From contig NW_019218437.1 of the NCBI RefSeq assembly GCF_002571385.2, positions 31,606 through 95,605 on the forward strand: 64,000 bases of DNA, in the 5' to 3' direction. How positions within the stretch are numbered: the first letter of the stretch is position 1; every line of letters starts with the position of its first letter. Below are positions 1-11,900 of this stretch, one piece after another. The stretch is from Stylophora pistillata. Its lineage: Eukaryota. The translations under genes and the position numbers were made by a program. The notes beneath the pieces were generated by a model. It made no database searches. It worked only from the letters and a program-made list of their open reading frames with translations, and was not told the DNA's origin.

Positions 1-59
1 TTTGGCCGGACTGCATCAGCAGTTTACAAACAATTGAATGAAACTTATTTGAAGACCCC

Positions 60-368
60 CTCCCCCCAATTCCCAGTAAACAGGCCAGACCACATCACAG
101 TAATCTCGTGAGTGGGTTCTTTAACGTCCCCTGCCTAACCAAATTAACTAATTAATAGATGCAGGAGATGGGACCTACGGTTTATTCGTCCATATCCGAG
201 AAGACTAGAATGTCTATCCATTTCTTGATATTATAGAAAGGTAGCGCATTCTCCTCAGTTATTTTAAGACCTTGAGTGTTGGTCTGGCTGGGGCTCGAAC
301 GATCGACCTCGACCTCCCGCACAACAGTCCAGCGCTCTAACCAATTGAGCTAACTGGGAGGCAGTTAG
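60..368 (-). mobile_element. tRNA-derived SINE (family A)
   Basis: Minus strand has a tRNA-like head (TAGCTCAATTGG A-box, GTTCGAGCCC B-box). The body is shared with copies at 12830, 14001, 25240 and 44855. Confidence 0.8.
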
Positions 369-577
369 TAACATTTTAGTCAAATTGCCACCGGTGGCAA
401 TTTGACTTCAAGTGTTGGTGAGTTTTGTGATACTGAGTTTGTTGTGTTGGAAAATTGACTGTAAACCTTTGTAACAGTACAAGTCTTGTAGGTCACTATT
501 AATTGTTTTCTGTCAGGTAATGAGTTCTTGATTTATCCATGGTGTAAAATTATTTAAGTTTTCTGCTCCTTTCTTAG

Positions 578-3500
578 TATGATGACCCTAACGCTACTGT
601 GTCCAGCATTTTGGATGAACTTAAAAAACTGGTAAGACAAATGAGATGATTATTTGATCTTTACTCATTTGATTAATAATTGGTCACTAGATATCACTAG
701 ATATCATTTACTTTTTATTGGTCCTTTAATATGAGTGACTTTATTTCAGAATGTTGGAGTAGATTTTCCACCAGCAAAACTCAAAACAGGAACAGGAGAG
801 CAGGTAAATAAATATGCAAATCTTATCTAACTTAGTATTTTTTAAAAGATGTTCAGTTTGAGATGGTATAATAATGTAACTGACAGTACATCAAACATTA
901 CTAATACAAGGTGATTGTTTAGTATAGTCCAAGGATGAGGAGGTAAAAGTAAATTTGTGATTCAGCTTGTAATGTCCATTCTATGTAGTTCTCTTAATTG
1001 TATACAACTTGATCTGATTTTTAAAATACTTATTTTCTGATGTTTTTTAGGTTTGCTATGTAATTGATAAACTTGCAGACGAGGCCCTGAAAGTCAAGAA
1101 ATTTGGTTGGAAAAAGTATGTGTCCATATTATTACACGTCATTGTTTGCATTTGAGATGGTTTACAAATGTATGTGTGTTGTGATGAAAGCATAAAATAT
1201 TATTTTTTGTAATTTCCCAGGCCGCAACATGAACAGGAAGACTTTGAGGAGGAAACAATGGAAGATGATGAAGCTGAACTGACACTGAACAAAGTGGAGG
1301 AGGAAATGATGGTGAGAAAAACTGAAATCAAAATATTGGGTCTGCTCATAGCATGCAGGCATTTTCTTTTGAGCTTAGTTGATGTACATCATCTCTCTAA
1401 ATCTTACTTTTAGTTTTTTTATTTTCTTTTACCAGAGTTTTTATGCTTTTTTGGTTACAGTTGTATTTTTAATCTCTAACTTTTGCACTTCCTGTGGTAG
1501 GATGAAGCAGAGGAAGAAATTGAAGAAGAGGACAGTTATCTAGATCTGGCAGGAATGAAGCAGCAGTCACAAATGAATGTAATCAGAACTAGTTGGTGAA
1601 CATTGTTGATAAATGAATTCACCTCAGGGTCTAAAGCTTTATGTTTTTTGATGTGTTTGTTGTTCTGCAGGAGATTGCTGATTCATCAAAACCCGAGTCT
1701 GTGATGGAGTCAACTATTGACGCTGCTGAGTGGAAACTTGAAGTTGAAAGGGTTCTGCCATTACTGAAGGTTCACATTCGAACTGATAACAAGGTAAACT
1801 TCTCACAGTTTTTCCCATTTTTATTTTACCTTCAAACTTTTAAGCAGTCAAAGATATCTGATTGAAGTTCTGGTCAGTGGCAGGTTGGTTTAGGCAGGGT
1901 TGCCAATGGCATTTTACATCTGTTCCTTTATCTAGGATTGGAGGACGCATTATGAACAAATGCAACAACACAGTGAAGGAATTAAATCTTCTCTAACTGA
2001 GACAAAGGTATAGTTTCATCGGAACTTACCGATAGTTTAATTACCTTTTGCCTCTTTTAATTTAGGAATACTCCTTACTGTCTGTCATACAATTGCTATG
2101 ATGTTGGTTTAAAGAAAATTAATTGGTATGTCATCAACTAGTAATCCCCTCATTGATATTTTTCTCTATTCCTACTACTTGTCTGCTTGATATCGTATTG
2201 ATATTTTTTATGGAGAAATTTTGTCTTGGTCAATCATAGGAGTTAAAGTCTTAATTACAGAATGGTTACCTCACTGCCAGCTCATTTCTGTTCTGTATTC
2301 ACATTTTAACTAGTTACTATTTCTATCAGGGTCATCTTGACAAACTACACCATGAAATCAGTAGAACTCTTGAGAAGATAGGAAGTCGAGAAAAGTACAT
2401 CAATAATCAGGTACAACTTATTTAGACAAATGAGATGAATAAAAAGACATCAGAGTTTAGATTTAAATGTTTGTATGACTCAGTGATCATTTCTACATAT
2501 TGTTTATAACAGCTGGAACATTTGCTGCAAGAGTTTCGGAGTTTACAGGACACTTTAGCTGAGGTATGCTTGTTAGTATTAATTTTGCAGAGATTAAGTT
2601 CACCCAAGCTAGAGTTTTGACGTGTCTTGTTTTATTTGTGTGTCTCATCAGACTAAAGAACGTTACAAGCAAGGCTCTGGAGGGGTAACTGACCTCACTA
2701 AGTCATTATCACAGGTTTGTTTACTTGCAAAATTTTGGAATTTTTTTTCTCCATTTACCTGGTAACACAGGATTCTTGATGAATTATTTTTTGTTTAATT
2801 TGGAAGATCACAGAAGAACTTGAGTCTGTCAAAGCACAGATGGATGAAAGAGGAACAAATATGACTGATGCAGGTGAGGCACATACATTTTATCTTTGAT
2901 TTCATCATGCAACTTCAGTGATGGTGACTTGTGACAGCGGAACAAAGATCTCAAGTGTTGTCTTAATCATGTCATGCAGGTCCTTTAGTCAGAATAAAAC
3001 AAGCGTTGACAAGACTCAAACAGGAAGTTCAACAAATGGAAGTTCGTATAGGAGTGGTACGTTTGGCCATGTTTTTTGTTTGTTTGTTTTTTTTTTTCAC
3101 AATATACTTCAAAGACATGACAAATGACAAGTTGACTTGCTTCTCGTTGTGCTTTTTACGAGTTAAAAAGTGTGTCTTGACACTAAATACAGAAAATTCC
3201 AAGAGTTTAGAGAACTTCTTGCGGACAAGAGTTCGAATATTTATTAATCCAAAGACATAATGATTTTAGGCGTGACGCTTAGGGAATGGCAAATGGTAAA
3301 AATAAGCTGCTTTTTTTAACTTTCTTTACATTCCTTAAATCAACCCAGTAGAGTTATAAGAGGGCGAGAGCACACATTGTATTCAGTTCTCGCCATTTAC
3401 CGTGGAATTCTTGCTCTTAAGATGCTAAAACTGGTGAGTTAAGAAGTATGGAGTAACGTAAGCAGCATTTACTTGAAGATGTAAGTGCCTCCTTCAGTTC

Positions 3501-3723
3501 AACCGTGTAAATATCAAAACATCTGTTTTTGCTGTCCCTCGTTAAAAAACTCGGACATTTTTGTTCTTTACAGTGGTAGTTAATGGGCTCCTTACCTGTG
3601 TGTTTTTTGTAGGTTGAACACTCCCTTCTTGTCGCTAAAATCCGTGATCGGAGCGCCATTAGAGAAGACATGCAAGCCCCAGTCTCTGACGCGGCCACGT
3701 TTGGAGATTTCAAACCGTTTTAG
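578..3723 (+). CDS. IFT57: Intraflagellar transport protein 57, 3' part. Exons 578-631, 750-803, 1051-1115, 1221-1311, 1501-1578, 1671-1793, 1936-2007, 2330-2410, 2513-2563, 2652-2714, 2807-2873, 2980-3056, 3613-3723; 5' exons lie upstream of the window
   Basis: Manual GT-AG splice gives a continuous frame: YDDPNATVSSILDELKKL..DFPPAKLKTGTGEQVCYVIDKLAD..EWKLEVERVLPLLKVHIRTDNKDWRTH..LEKIGSREKYINNQLE..MDERGTNMTDAGPLVRIKQALTRLKQEVQQMEVRIGVVEHSLL..KPF*. These motifs are diagnostic of IFT57/HIPPI. Confidence 0.96.
2040..2254. mobile_element. Degenerate TTAA-flanked MITE in an IFT57 intron
   Basis: About 210 bp bounded by ttaa. From memory it resembles an abundant coral piggyBac-like MITE (ctccttactgtctg..atacaattg..gaaattttgtcttggtca...ggagttaaag). 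Confidence 0.55.
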
Positions 3724-5700
3724 AGTGGACCGATCGTCACGTTACTTGTGGAAGAGACGCAACCAAGCAGAGGAGGAAATATTACTGTAAAGTAACAATG
3801 GGACGCCGCCAATTATAACATTAATCGCCTTTTTTAGTTCAATATTTATTACGAGAGGACTTTCAGCCATACTACGAAAGAAAATGAAGGAGTGGAACTC
3901 TAACTGGAAAAGAGTCAAAGCTGCAAGGAAGTTGGTGTAGGATGTGGCGTTTAATGTTCGTTAAACGAGGCCGTAATTTATTTTTCTCGCAAACCAAAAT
4001 GACAACTTTCTCTGTAGAACCCACCAACAATAATTTAACGACTTCTGTACGAAATTGTAGTGTCATGTTGTAGTTTTCGTGATTACAGTTCGTAGAACTT
4101 TCCTTGTTATGATCAATAGATTACCCTCTCCTCCCCTCAGTTTTTCGTTTAATATAATGGCGTTGATCCGATAACTGTTAAATTAAAATGTGGTTTAAAA
4201 CAGTGGCTTGTGTGGTTTTACTTTAGCTCTTTATTTCAATTGAAGGTTGATCGTGTTCTGATCTTAACAAAGCCGTGAAAAACTATTAAAACCCAATCTT
4301 GATTATAACGTGACATCTTACAATCACCTTTGACAATTCATCTACCTGTGTGGTCGATGCCTTCTTAATTTTTTTCTGAATAATACTGAAGGATTGTCTT
4401 GTTTCCCTTCGCGTTTTCTCTGTTCAAGTCGTTGTAAAGTACAGTTTATTCTGGTTTTGAGGACGTAAAGGCCGAGAGTCTTGTAGTGTTAAGGTTTCTT
4501 TTGACGGTCATGTTATTTATTTGTACCTCGACCATTTGGAACAGTTCCGATTCCACATCTGTCTCTCTCAACGTCTTCTGCTTTGAGTGAATACAACATT
4601 TCTCGATTATCTGATTAAAATATTTAAGTGACTCAATGATAAGTTATCTGTTAACGACCGCAAGAACTTAATTACGAGCAATTTTGTTCTGAGGGGAAAA
4701 ATAAGGTGTCCTGAAGGTAATTTTTATAAAAAAAAAATCTTACTTATTAAGCCCTCTTCCAAACACGGTGAGGGCATGAAAGAGAGTGCAACAATTGTAA
4801 TTCGATGGACCTCGACATTAGCCACCAAAGCTGCAACAAAAATATCAAGTCATTAGCAGTAAATTAAGCTATTTATGACTTCGGAAAGATCTCCGTAATA
4901 AGCTAGTATTTATTAAACAAAATCCACACGAAACACAAATAAGTCACTTAACAGATGGGGCGCCGTGAGTTCATCTCGTCCCGTTGAAAAATAACGATAA
5001 AGGGGGAAAGTTAAACCATAAACTAAATATGATTAGCTTTCATTTAATATAAATATCGCCAAACTGAAATATTAGTTTTGAACTCAAATTTGTGCTTTCT
5101 CGTGGGTGGTACGCTTGACTTGGAAACAGTTTGAAATTTTCTTCAGATATTTTTTATGAGTGTCGATTGCAGGACTTCGTAATTGCCTGTGGTTTCAATG
5201 TTGTGAAGATTAAATTCAAATCTTTCTACATCGCTTGAAAAACAAGGCGGTACCACACTTGATGAGTATCTGCCTTTCCATATTTCTCTATCATTTTAAA
5301 AATTCTAGCCTCAAATGGAAAAAATAACGACAATTTTCTTGAACAATTATTACTATAAGACACAGTCTGTTTACAAGGGCTCCTAAGTGGCTTTACAATT
5401 TAGAAAATCCATTGTACAATGGAACAGTTGGCTCCAGAAGCAATGCGGCAACATTTAGCAGGAGACAATTTATACTTCAACTCTGCGGGAACGCAAAAGC
5501 GCCGCGCGCTCAGCGCTCACCATCGAATTATGACAACTGCTGGAAGTTTTTTCCAACTGAAACCTCCTGGATTCACTCCCTGAAAATGTGACTCCAGTTT
5601 ATCTTAAACCTCAACGCAATTAGCTCAAACTGAAATAAATTACTTTTATGATTGAAAAGGATTACAGCAATGATCTAGCGGTTGTTTTCTCTATCAGGGT

Positions 5701-5736
5701 GATCAAAGGCGTGAGGCATTTATCAAAGGCTTTGAC
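5701..5736. promoter_or_regulatory. Paired TCF/LEF-type sites about 520 bp upstream of the homeobox ATG
   Basis: ATCAAAGGC occurs at 5702 and 5722 (20 bp spacing), in a region also rich in TAAT/ATTA motifs. Confidence 0.35.
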
Positions 5737-6240
5737 AGCCTTGAAAAGAACTTAATTAATAAGGAAATAATTTCTCAGCGGGACAAAGCGACAATGACTT
5801 TTCCTGTAGTAAAATGGAAGCACACGGTATTTTCATTTCCACTATGCACACGCCCAGCTTGAAATTTTACTTTAATAATGTTTGAAATTATATTCAGTGG
5901 TGTTTTGTAGCGCACGGTATGGGTTTATATGAAGACAAATAAATGAATAGTGGGGGGTGAAAGTTTAGCTTAATAAACTGTCACTAATAACGCAAATAAT
6001 AAAGTTGATTAATCAGTGATGAGCTTTTAATTAACAATCCTTAAGAACTAATATCATTGTTTTGCTTGTGTGTTTTATTAACCGTGTCAAAATCCACTTG
6101 CTGTATATCACAGCGCGTCTGAGAAGTCTTGTAAGGCAAGGATCTGGTGGAGATTTTGCTCTGTCTAAAGTGAACTGTAATCAGTGTAATTTTAGAGCAA
6201 AAATGCGACAATTAATTGCATAAGTGGGTATTGATATTCC

Positions 6241-8420
6241 ATGGAAGGCCTTACTGCTTTCGTGTCCCGATTCGACAAGACAAAGCCACAAGATTCATCA
6301 GCCACACAAGTTGATGATGGCCGAGTACTGGACAACGCTTCATCCTCTTCAAGTTCAGTGACTCTGCCATTCAGCATTGCAGAGATTTTGAGCGATAAGC
6401 GAAATGAGTCAAGGAAAAAGGAAACCGAAGACATAAGAGATGAGATTAGACAGTATACTGTTCAAGGTAGGAATGAAACATAACCAAAGATACGGAACCT
6501 TACGTCTTTGTTCACTGTAAAGTCGAGTGTAGAACGATCTTACTTTTGTTCAAAATACTTTCAGAACAACAATTTTTTTTTTTACCAGAAAATAATTCCT
6601 AAACGTACAACGGGACATTTGCTGTGTCATTATTTAAACATAACATGAAAGGCTAGAAGGGAGTCACTGCGTTCTTGAAATTCTCATTAAAAGGTTTAAC
6701 ATGTGAAATAATTTATAATTTGTCCTTATCGAATGATGTATGGACCAACATGGCCCTGCCAATATAAACAGTAATAATATTTATCTGCTAATCATAGATT
6801 AAACAGTTCACCGCAAAGCAGACAACAGAATTTCTTAGTTTATATTGAAAATCTCGATTTCTACTCAGTTCACTTTTGATTGATAACGGAACGACCATTT
6901 GGTAGAAAAATTTCATCTTTTTTTCGAGTAACAAAAAAAAAAAAAAAAAAACAATTTAAATAACGAACTTTTAGCCCAACCATACTTCAACAACTGGCGA
7001 GACTAAATACATACTTCAGTATTTATAAAAATTTTCCAACCCTTTTGTTAGAGTCACAGAGCGAAGAATAGTTTGAAGGAAAAAGGAAACTATATTGAGG
7101 TTTAGTGAGGGGATCCCTGGATTCTTGGCAGAAAACGCTTACATTGTAGCACATTCAACGTTCCTGGTTTCTCTTTTATGCCGAGATTACTCAAAAAGCA
7201 CGTTGCATCTTAAAAAAGCACGTTGTATCTTAAACAGTGCGTATAAAGTCCAAGAAGAACGTATATAATGACGGTTCACACCAAATTTTGATAAATGTAT
7301 TTTTCTTAAGGAACTGTTACATTAGATAAATATCTGTGTATCATTTCTACAGGTTTTGACGAATCACCCAGACGAACACACCGATGCAAACCTCCACGAA
7401 ACAGAAAAAACTTCACAAGAGAACAATTGCGAGAACTAGAGAAACTGTTTGATCAGACACATTACCCAGACGCCTTGACGCGCGAAACACTGGCTAAGAG
7501 GATGGGCCTCTCAGAAGCTAGAGTTCAGGTAACTCGCTATGTGAGTTCTTGTGAGATTATTTTGAAATAAAAACAAGTTCAAAACTGATTTGACATGTTC
7601 TGGGCTACCACAACGAATTCAGTTGAAATCAATCTTAACTTACAGCTTTTTTGAATACCATATTTCCTCGAATAAGCGACCTCCCCAGATAATAAATTAC
7701 CCCCCCCTCCTAGGGCCGTAATGTCAAACAGGCGCCCTCTCGAATAAGCACTCCCTTCCTCCCTCACCTCAAATAGTTGGGCTACAAGTAGTTCTACCCT
7801 AATAGTTTCTATTGCCATTTTATCTCTAACTTTGCTTCAATCAAGTGAATCAGTATAGGAGAATGATGAGCGCCCTCGTTTCAACAAGCTCCCATCTTTT
7901 TCGCTTAACTTTTCAAACAAGCGCCAAGGTAGATCAAAAAAAGAAAAAGTAGCAATCAAGATAGTTTGATTTAATCTCATATTTCCAGTGTAGAACATAA
8001 AAGTAAGGGAGGGCACTTAAAACGAGGGGAGAGGACCGGGATTAGGTTAGATGCTTTGATGACACGCATCTCCTTGTGACGATACCGCTGGTTTATTCAC
8101 AGATCTGGTTTCAAAACCGTCGGGCTAAAAGTCGTCGGCAAGAAGGACCGAATCAGAGGGGATTCGTTGTCCCGGTAACCCCAACATACAAACCACCAAA
8201 TCACGTGACTCCGCTAAGACAAGAAACATCTATGGCACCATTTACCCATGGTGCTTATAGAGCCGGTTGTGTTGAGCATCTGTGCATGTGTAACCACGCC
8301 AGTTTTGTTACCAGTGTTAGTCAGGTTGATTATAATCGTCAGTTTAACCAACAGACAAGCATCGAGGATCTGAGACGTAAAGCTCGGTACCACAGCTGGG
8401 GAGGGCACAACGTACACTGA
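6241..8420 (+). CDS. PRD-class (Q50) homeobox protein, Shox-like, about 239 aa. Exons 6241-6466, 7353-7528, 8103-8420
   Basis: Homeodomain [46 protein letters not shown]|[14 protein letters not shown], with the typical PRD-class intron between residues 46 and 47. N-terminal eh1 motif FSIAEIL (6370-6390). C-terminal OAR-like [14 protein letters not shown] (8352-8393). Splice phases are compatible. Confidence 0.92.
7656..7925. mobile_element. Tc1/mariner (pogo-like) MITE fragment in homeobox intron 2
   Basis: Begins TA|ccatatttcctcgaataagcg and contains repeated cgaataagc / aacaggcgccc / aacaagcgcc subterminal motifs. Confidence 0.5.
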
Positions 8421-8982
8421 GCCCGCGTTTTCATCTCCTTGGATCAGTGGAGAGAGGATTTACTTCAAAGAGGGGTGTTTCATTTTATTTTGATGTCCAG
8501 GAAACTAAAATCGAAGCCATTTGTTTTCATCATCCACCAAACTGTCCGAAATTATGTTCTCGTAGATTTAAAAAATAGCTTTAATTCAATATTCTTTACA
8601 TTATAACCCTAGGAAAATACTACAATTAACTGAAATCATGCGCTTCATTCAATAAAAAAATCGCTTTTTCTCTGAAAAAATCAATGACAAAACACCACGC
8701 TGATATGGCTCTTCAATGGACTGTCATAAATCAGCGCAAAAACTAAATTTTACAATTATCTGATGGACTCGACAGTTCAAATGATGTCCCTACACCAGAA
8801 AATGAACTATCCAAACTACAGCTTCAGATGCATAAAAAAATTATCAAAAATAGTGTTTTTGATCTAAACCCACGATTCCATGTATCCAGCCTATACTAAT
8901 TAAATATCTTGCGTTGCAATCAGTGCAAATAAATAATATTTAAAAAAATTCTAAAGTTAGAAAAGTTAGAAAAGCACTAGGT

Positions 8983-11900
8983 TTACTTCTTTATTTTCTT
9001 CTGTGGTTTTCCTCCCATGGCTGTCTGTAGTTTTCTCTCAGCTTGTTGCTTGCGCTCATGTTCGGGTTTGTTCGCATGCTGCTCCAGTTGTGCTTGTTTC
9101 TCTTCCAACTTTTTCTTGAACAAGTTCAGTCGCTCCAGACAGTTACTTTTCTGTAGATTAATGGATTCTAGCGAAGCCTTTGCAGTGGTTATCTTGGTGG
9201 TTGTTTGTCGAACGGCATTCTTATGCTGGGCATGCTCTATGCTACCCTCCGCTGACTCCCTAAAGAGGTCTGTTTGAGCCAACAGCTCTTGTTCTAGTTC
9301 CCTTAGGTTTGTAGTGACATCAAGAGACTGCCTGGAGAGCTGGGCGAATTCCTGATTCAAGCTGTCTACCGTGTCTTGCATGTCATTAACTTGAACCTGT
9401 AATAAAAGTTCACAAAGTCAATACTCGTCAGAATCCCAAAGGTTGGGTGTTTTTGTCTCTTCATGAATCTGTGTGATAAGTTTTCAGATTACAAATGTAT
9501 TTCCTTTCTTTCTTGCTTGGCCAATATGAAAAAATATTTCAATGAGTTGAATTGTCTTCAGTAGTTTTATTCATAACTCACTAATGTTTCGTAAAAAAAT
9601 TTGCTTTAAGGTAAAAAGGAAAAAAAAAAGGGGCTTAAAATCATACTCCTAGTCTAACTGATACTAGATACGGTACCTTAATTCTTTAATATTCTTTTAA
9701 TATTAATATTATAATTTACGTGAACATACCTCAAGGAAGGTCTTATAAAGGTCCTCGTCATCCTTACGCTGTGTAGGTTTCCCAGATATTGGCAAACTAG
9801 TGCCATTGCGTGACAGAGCCTGGGCGCGGGAAACCTGTCGAGACACTCCACGTGACAACAAATTACTACGTGACTGCGCGTATCGTGACACCGGTCTCTC
9901 CTTAGCTTGTGGTCCTTGTAGCTCGTGTAGTCGTTTATCAATAAACTCTTCTGTGCCTTGAAGACGGGCGTGGGACGCCTTCTCTTCCACATCACCCAAG
10001 AAAGATCTCAACTTAGACTCTACAGCAAAGTTACTGTACTTGGATAAACGTTCCACAATACCTTCATGTGTAAAATGTACGCCCTCTTTGTTCGCACCCC
10101 GCAAAAGCTTGACGTCCAAGAGTCCTTCCACCATATTCTCCTTGTCGGCCTCAGTATGAGCATCACCAAATACGGACTCCAGCAGAACACGGCTGGCGCT
10201 TTCCAAATCGTCGCTTGCAGGAAGTGAGGACAGTGTGCGCGCAAGCGCAGAGGAACGCCTATATCGTGCAAAGAACAAGTCATCGCAAATTACGGCTAGG
10301 GCGAGATGGAACTCTTTCATAAATCCCGGATGGGAGTCGTCCCGTAAGTCTCCGCAAGCAATGTGCGCGAGGCAGTGAACCAGAACCAAAATAAACTCTC
10401 CAACGTTGTCCATTCGTTCGGTTCGCACGTACAAGATACGATTGTTTGCGTCGTAGAAAAAGGAATTCCTGTAAGCGTTCCTTTGAAGATGAGGGTTTGG
10501 AGGCAACTTATCGGCGAGCAAAAGGGTGACTGGAAGATGATGACAATGAACGGCGAGTAAATCGACAATGAAAGAGCCAAACTTGTATGTAACGAACGCC
10601 CGAGCAGGCAGCGTGTTCAGATCAACTGGGACAAGTTCATCGTCCCCTGCCCACAAAGTGTCATCCTTGATGTCAATATAACCTTCACCCGGTGCTGAGA
10701 AACAAATCAAGGCAAATAGGTTACACAACATCATTTACCGAGTAACTCAACTGTGTAGACTCTTACTGCTGCTTGATAGAACTTTCGTATCCCATCAATA
10801 CATGAGCGTTTCAATACAGGTTAATTTGGTTTTATTGACTACGTTGATAATGTAAATTGACCACCGTAAGAGAGTTTAAAAGCTAATTTTGNNNNNNNNN
10901 NNNNNNNNNNNNTACCAACTTACCCCATTTATTGTTTTGAATAAATATTACTTTAAAAACCAAAAGATTCAAACTATCCCTTCGACTTAGTTTAGTTTCG
11001 AAAACTTTTTCTCAGGTGCCTTAAAATAATATTTTTCGCTTTCCATTACTAAAAGTATCTATTTCCACTTACCCGGAGCACCAAACTGTCCTGCTTTACC
11101 AGCGCCACCACTCACCAGTGATTTGATGCTTTCGATCTTTTGGTACAGCGGCGATGACAGCAACAGCGATGCTAGTTCACCTTCGCTTAAAGGAGCTGCT
11201 AATCGATAACTCTCCGGCATTAGTCGACCTTGTTGCATAGGGGGTGGGGTAGCTTCAGATTCGATAGTAGCAGCTACAAGGTTATCGACATGAATGCTTT
11301 CCTTTAAAGCGATCACTTCTTCAGCTTGAGCTCGATCGCGCTCAGATTGTATTTTTTCTTCAAACTCTTTCTTCTCCTCTTCGTTTCGAGTTGTAAGTTC
11401 AGCCACCTTAGCCTGCCGTTTTGCGTCACGTCTTTTCTTCAGACGTTCCTCCAGTGAGCTCTGCATCCTCATTCTATCTGCATCCATTTTGTTCATCAAT
11501 TTAGCCAAGTCTTTGCTGTGCTCTTTCAATATGGCTTCTTGGTCTTCCTTTGAAGCCCCCTGTTTGCTCATTTTATCCATTTCTTGTTTGACTTTTGCCT
11601 TCTTTTCCTTCAGTAGGGCTTCTTTGCGAGTATTTAGAGCTAAGATTGCCTTTTCGTTCTTTTTCTGTTCTTCTTCTGCCTCTTGTTCTAGTTGTTTGTC
11701 AAACGCCTTGAGTTCCTCTTCAAACTTTTGTTGTTGCTCGGCTTCAAATGCTGAAGTGAAAAACAGATGCAAATCAGATAGGTTTCGGATGAAAACCGAT
11801 TCAATTGAATCATATGAATTCCTTACGCTTTCTTAACCTGAGCTAAAACGTGAAAGATACTAACTTTCATTTTCCTGTTTGAGTTTCAGTTCATTCTCCG

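Noticed and set aside
578-8420. Genome-wide alternative genetic code (stop reassignment)
   Set aside because: IFT57 and the homeobox gene have no internal stops and end normally at TAG and TGA; the giant gene ends at TAA.
8693-8738. Minus-strand 3'UTR hairpin containing AUGA (gcgctgat-ttATGAcagtccattgaagagccat-atcagcgt) as a SECIS
   Set aside because: The segment after AUGA is too short to form helix II with an apical AA loop and a paired GA quartet. Not a canonical SECIS by eye.
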